Made by a program: the position numbers and the translations under genes. Below the pieces are notes generated by a model. That model was not told the origin of the DNA, did not search any database, and worked only from the letters and a program-made list of their open reading frames with translations. Positions 51,118-51,222 of a stretch of DNA of 51,222 nucleotides are shown piece by piece. The stretch comes from Octopus sinensis (lineage: Eukaryota). The stretch spans positions 1-51,222 of the forward strand of contig NW_021834325.1 in the NCBI RefSeq assembly GCF_006345805.1, written 5' to 3'. The number at the start of each line of letters is the position of its first letter. Position 1 is the first letter of the stretch.

Positions 51118-51222
51118 CACTCTCAGACTAATATTTGAGTACTTTGTTCCAAGTTACAGAAGATAGATTCTTTTTGGACTTGTTGCCACCTGGAATAATA
51201 ATTTTATACACTTTATACACTT

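Overview
Repeat-saturated, AT-rich eukaryotic window with no confidently recognisable host protein-coding gene. The SINE and microsatellite landscape looks like a cephalopod (Octopus-like) genome; this is pattern recognition, not a database result. Contents: four R4/Dong-type RLE non-LTR retrotransposon copies from three families, tied to (TAA)n tracts, one nearly intact; two Tx1/L1-type fragments ending in (TATC)n, one 5'-inverted; a tandemly duplicated Penelope-like GIY-YIG fragment; several Tc1/mariner relics and MITEs; a 743-bp foldback element with an 8-bp TSD; a Helentron-type HINE; and many tRNA-derived SINEs. The most interesting signal is a chain of short modules at 12.1-13.8 kb, strung through (TA)n tracts, each carrying a minus-strand hammerhead-ribozyme-like motif; one is a tRNA-headed SINE with a minimal hammerhead. 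A second SINE shares its 3' tail with the local Tx1 LINE. Frequent 1-nt indels suggest some residual long-read error. Most short ORFs in the track are microsatellite translations or antisense shadows.
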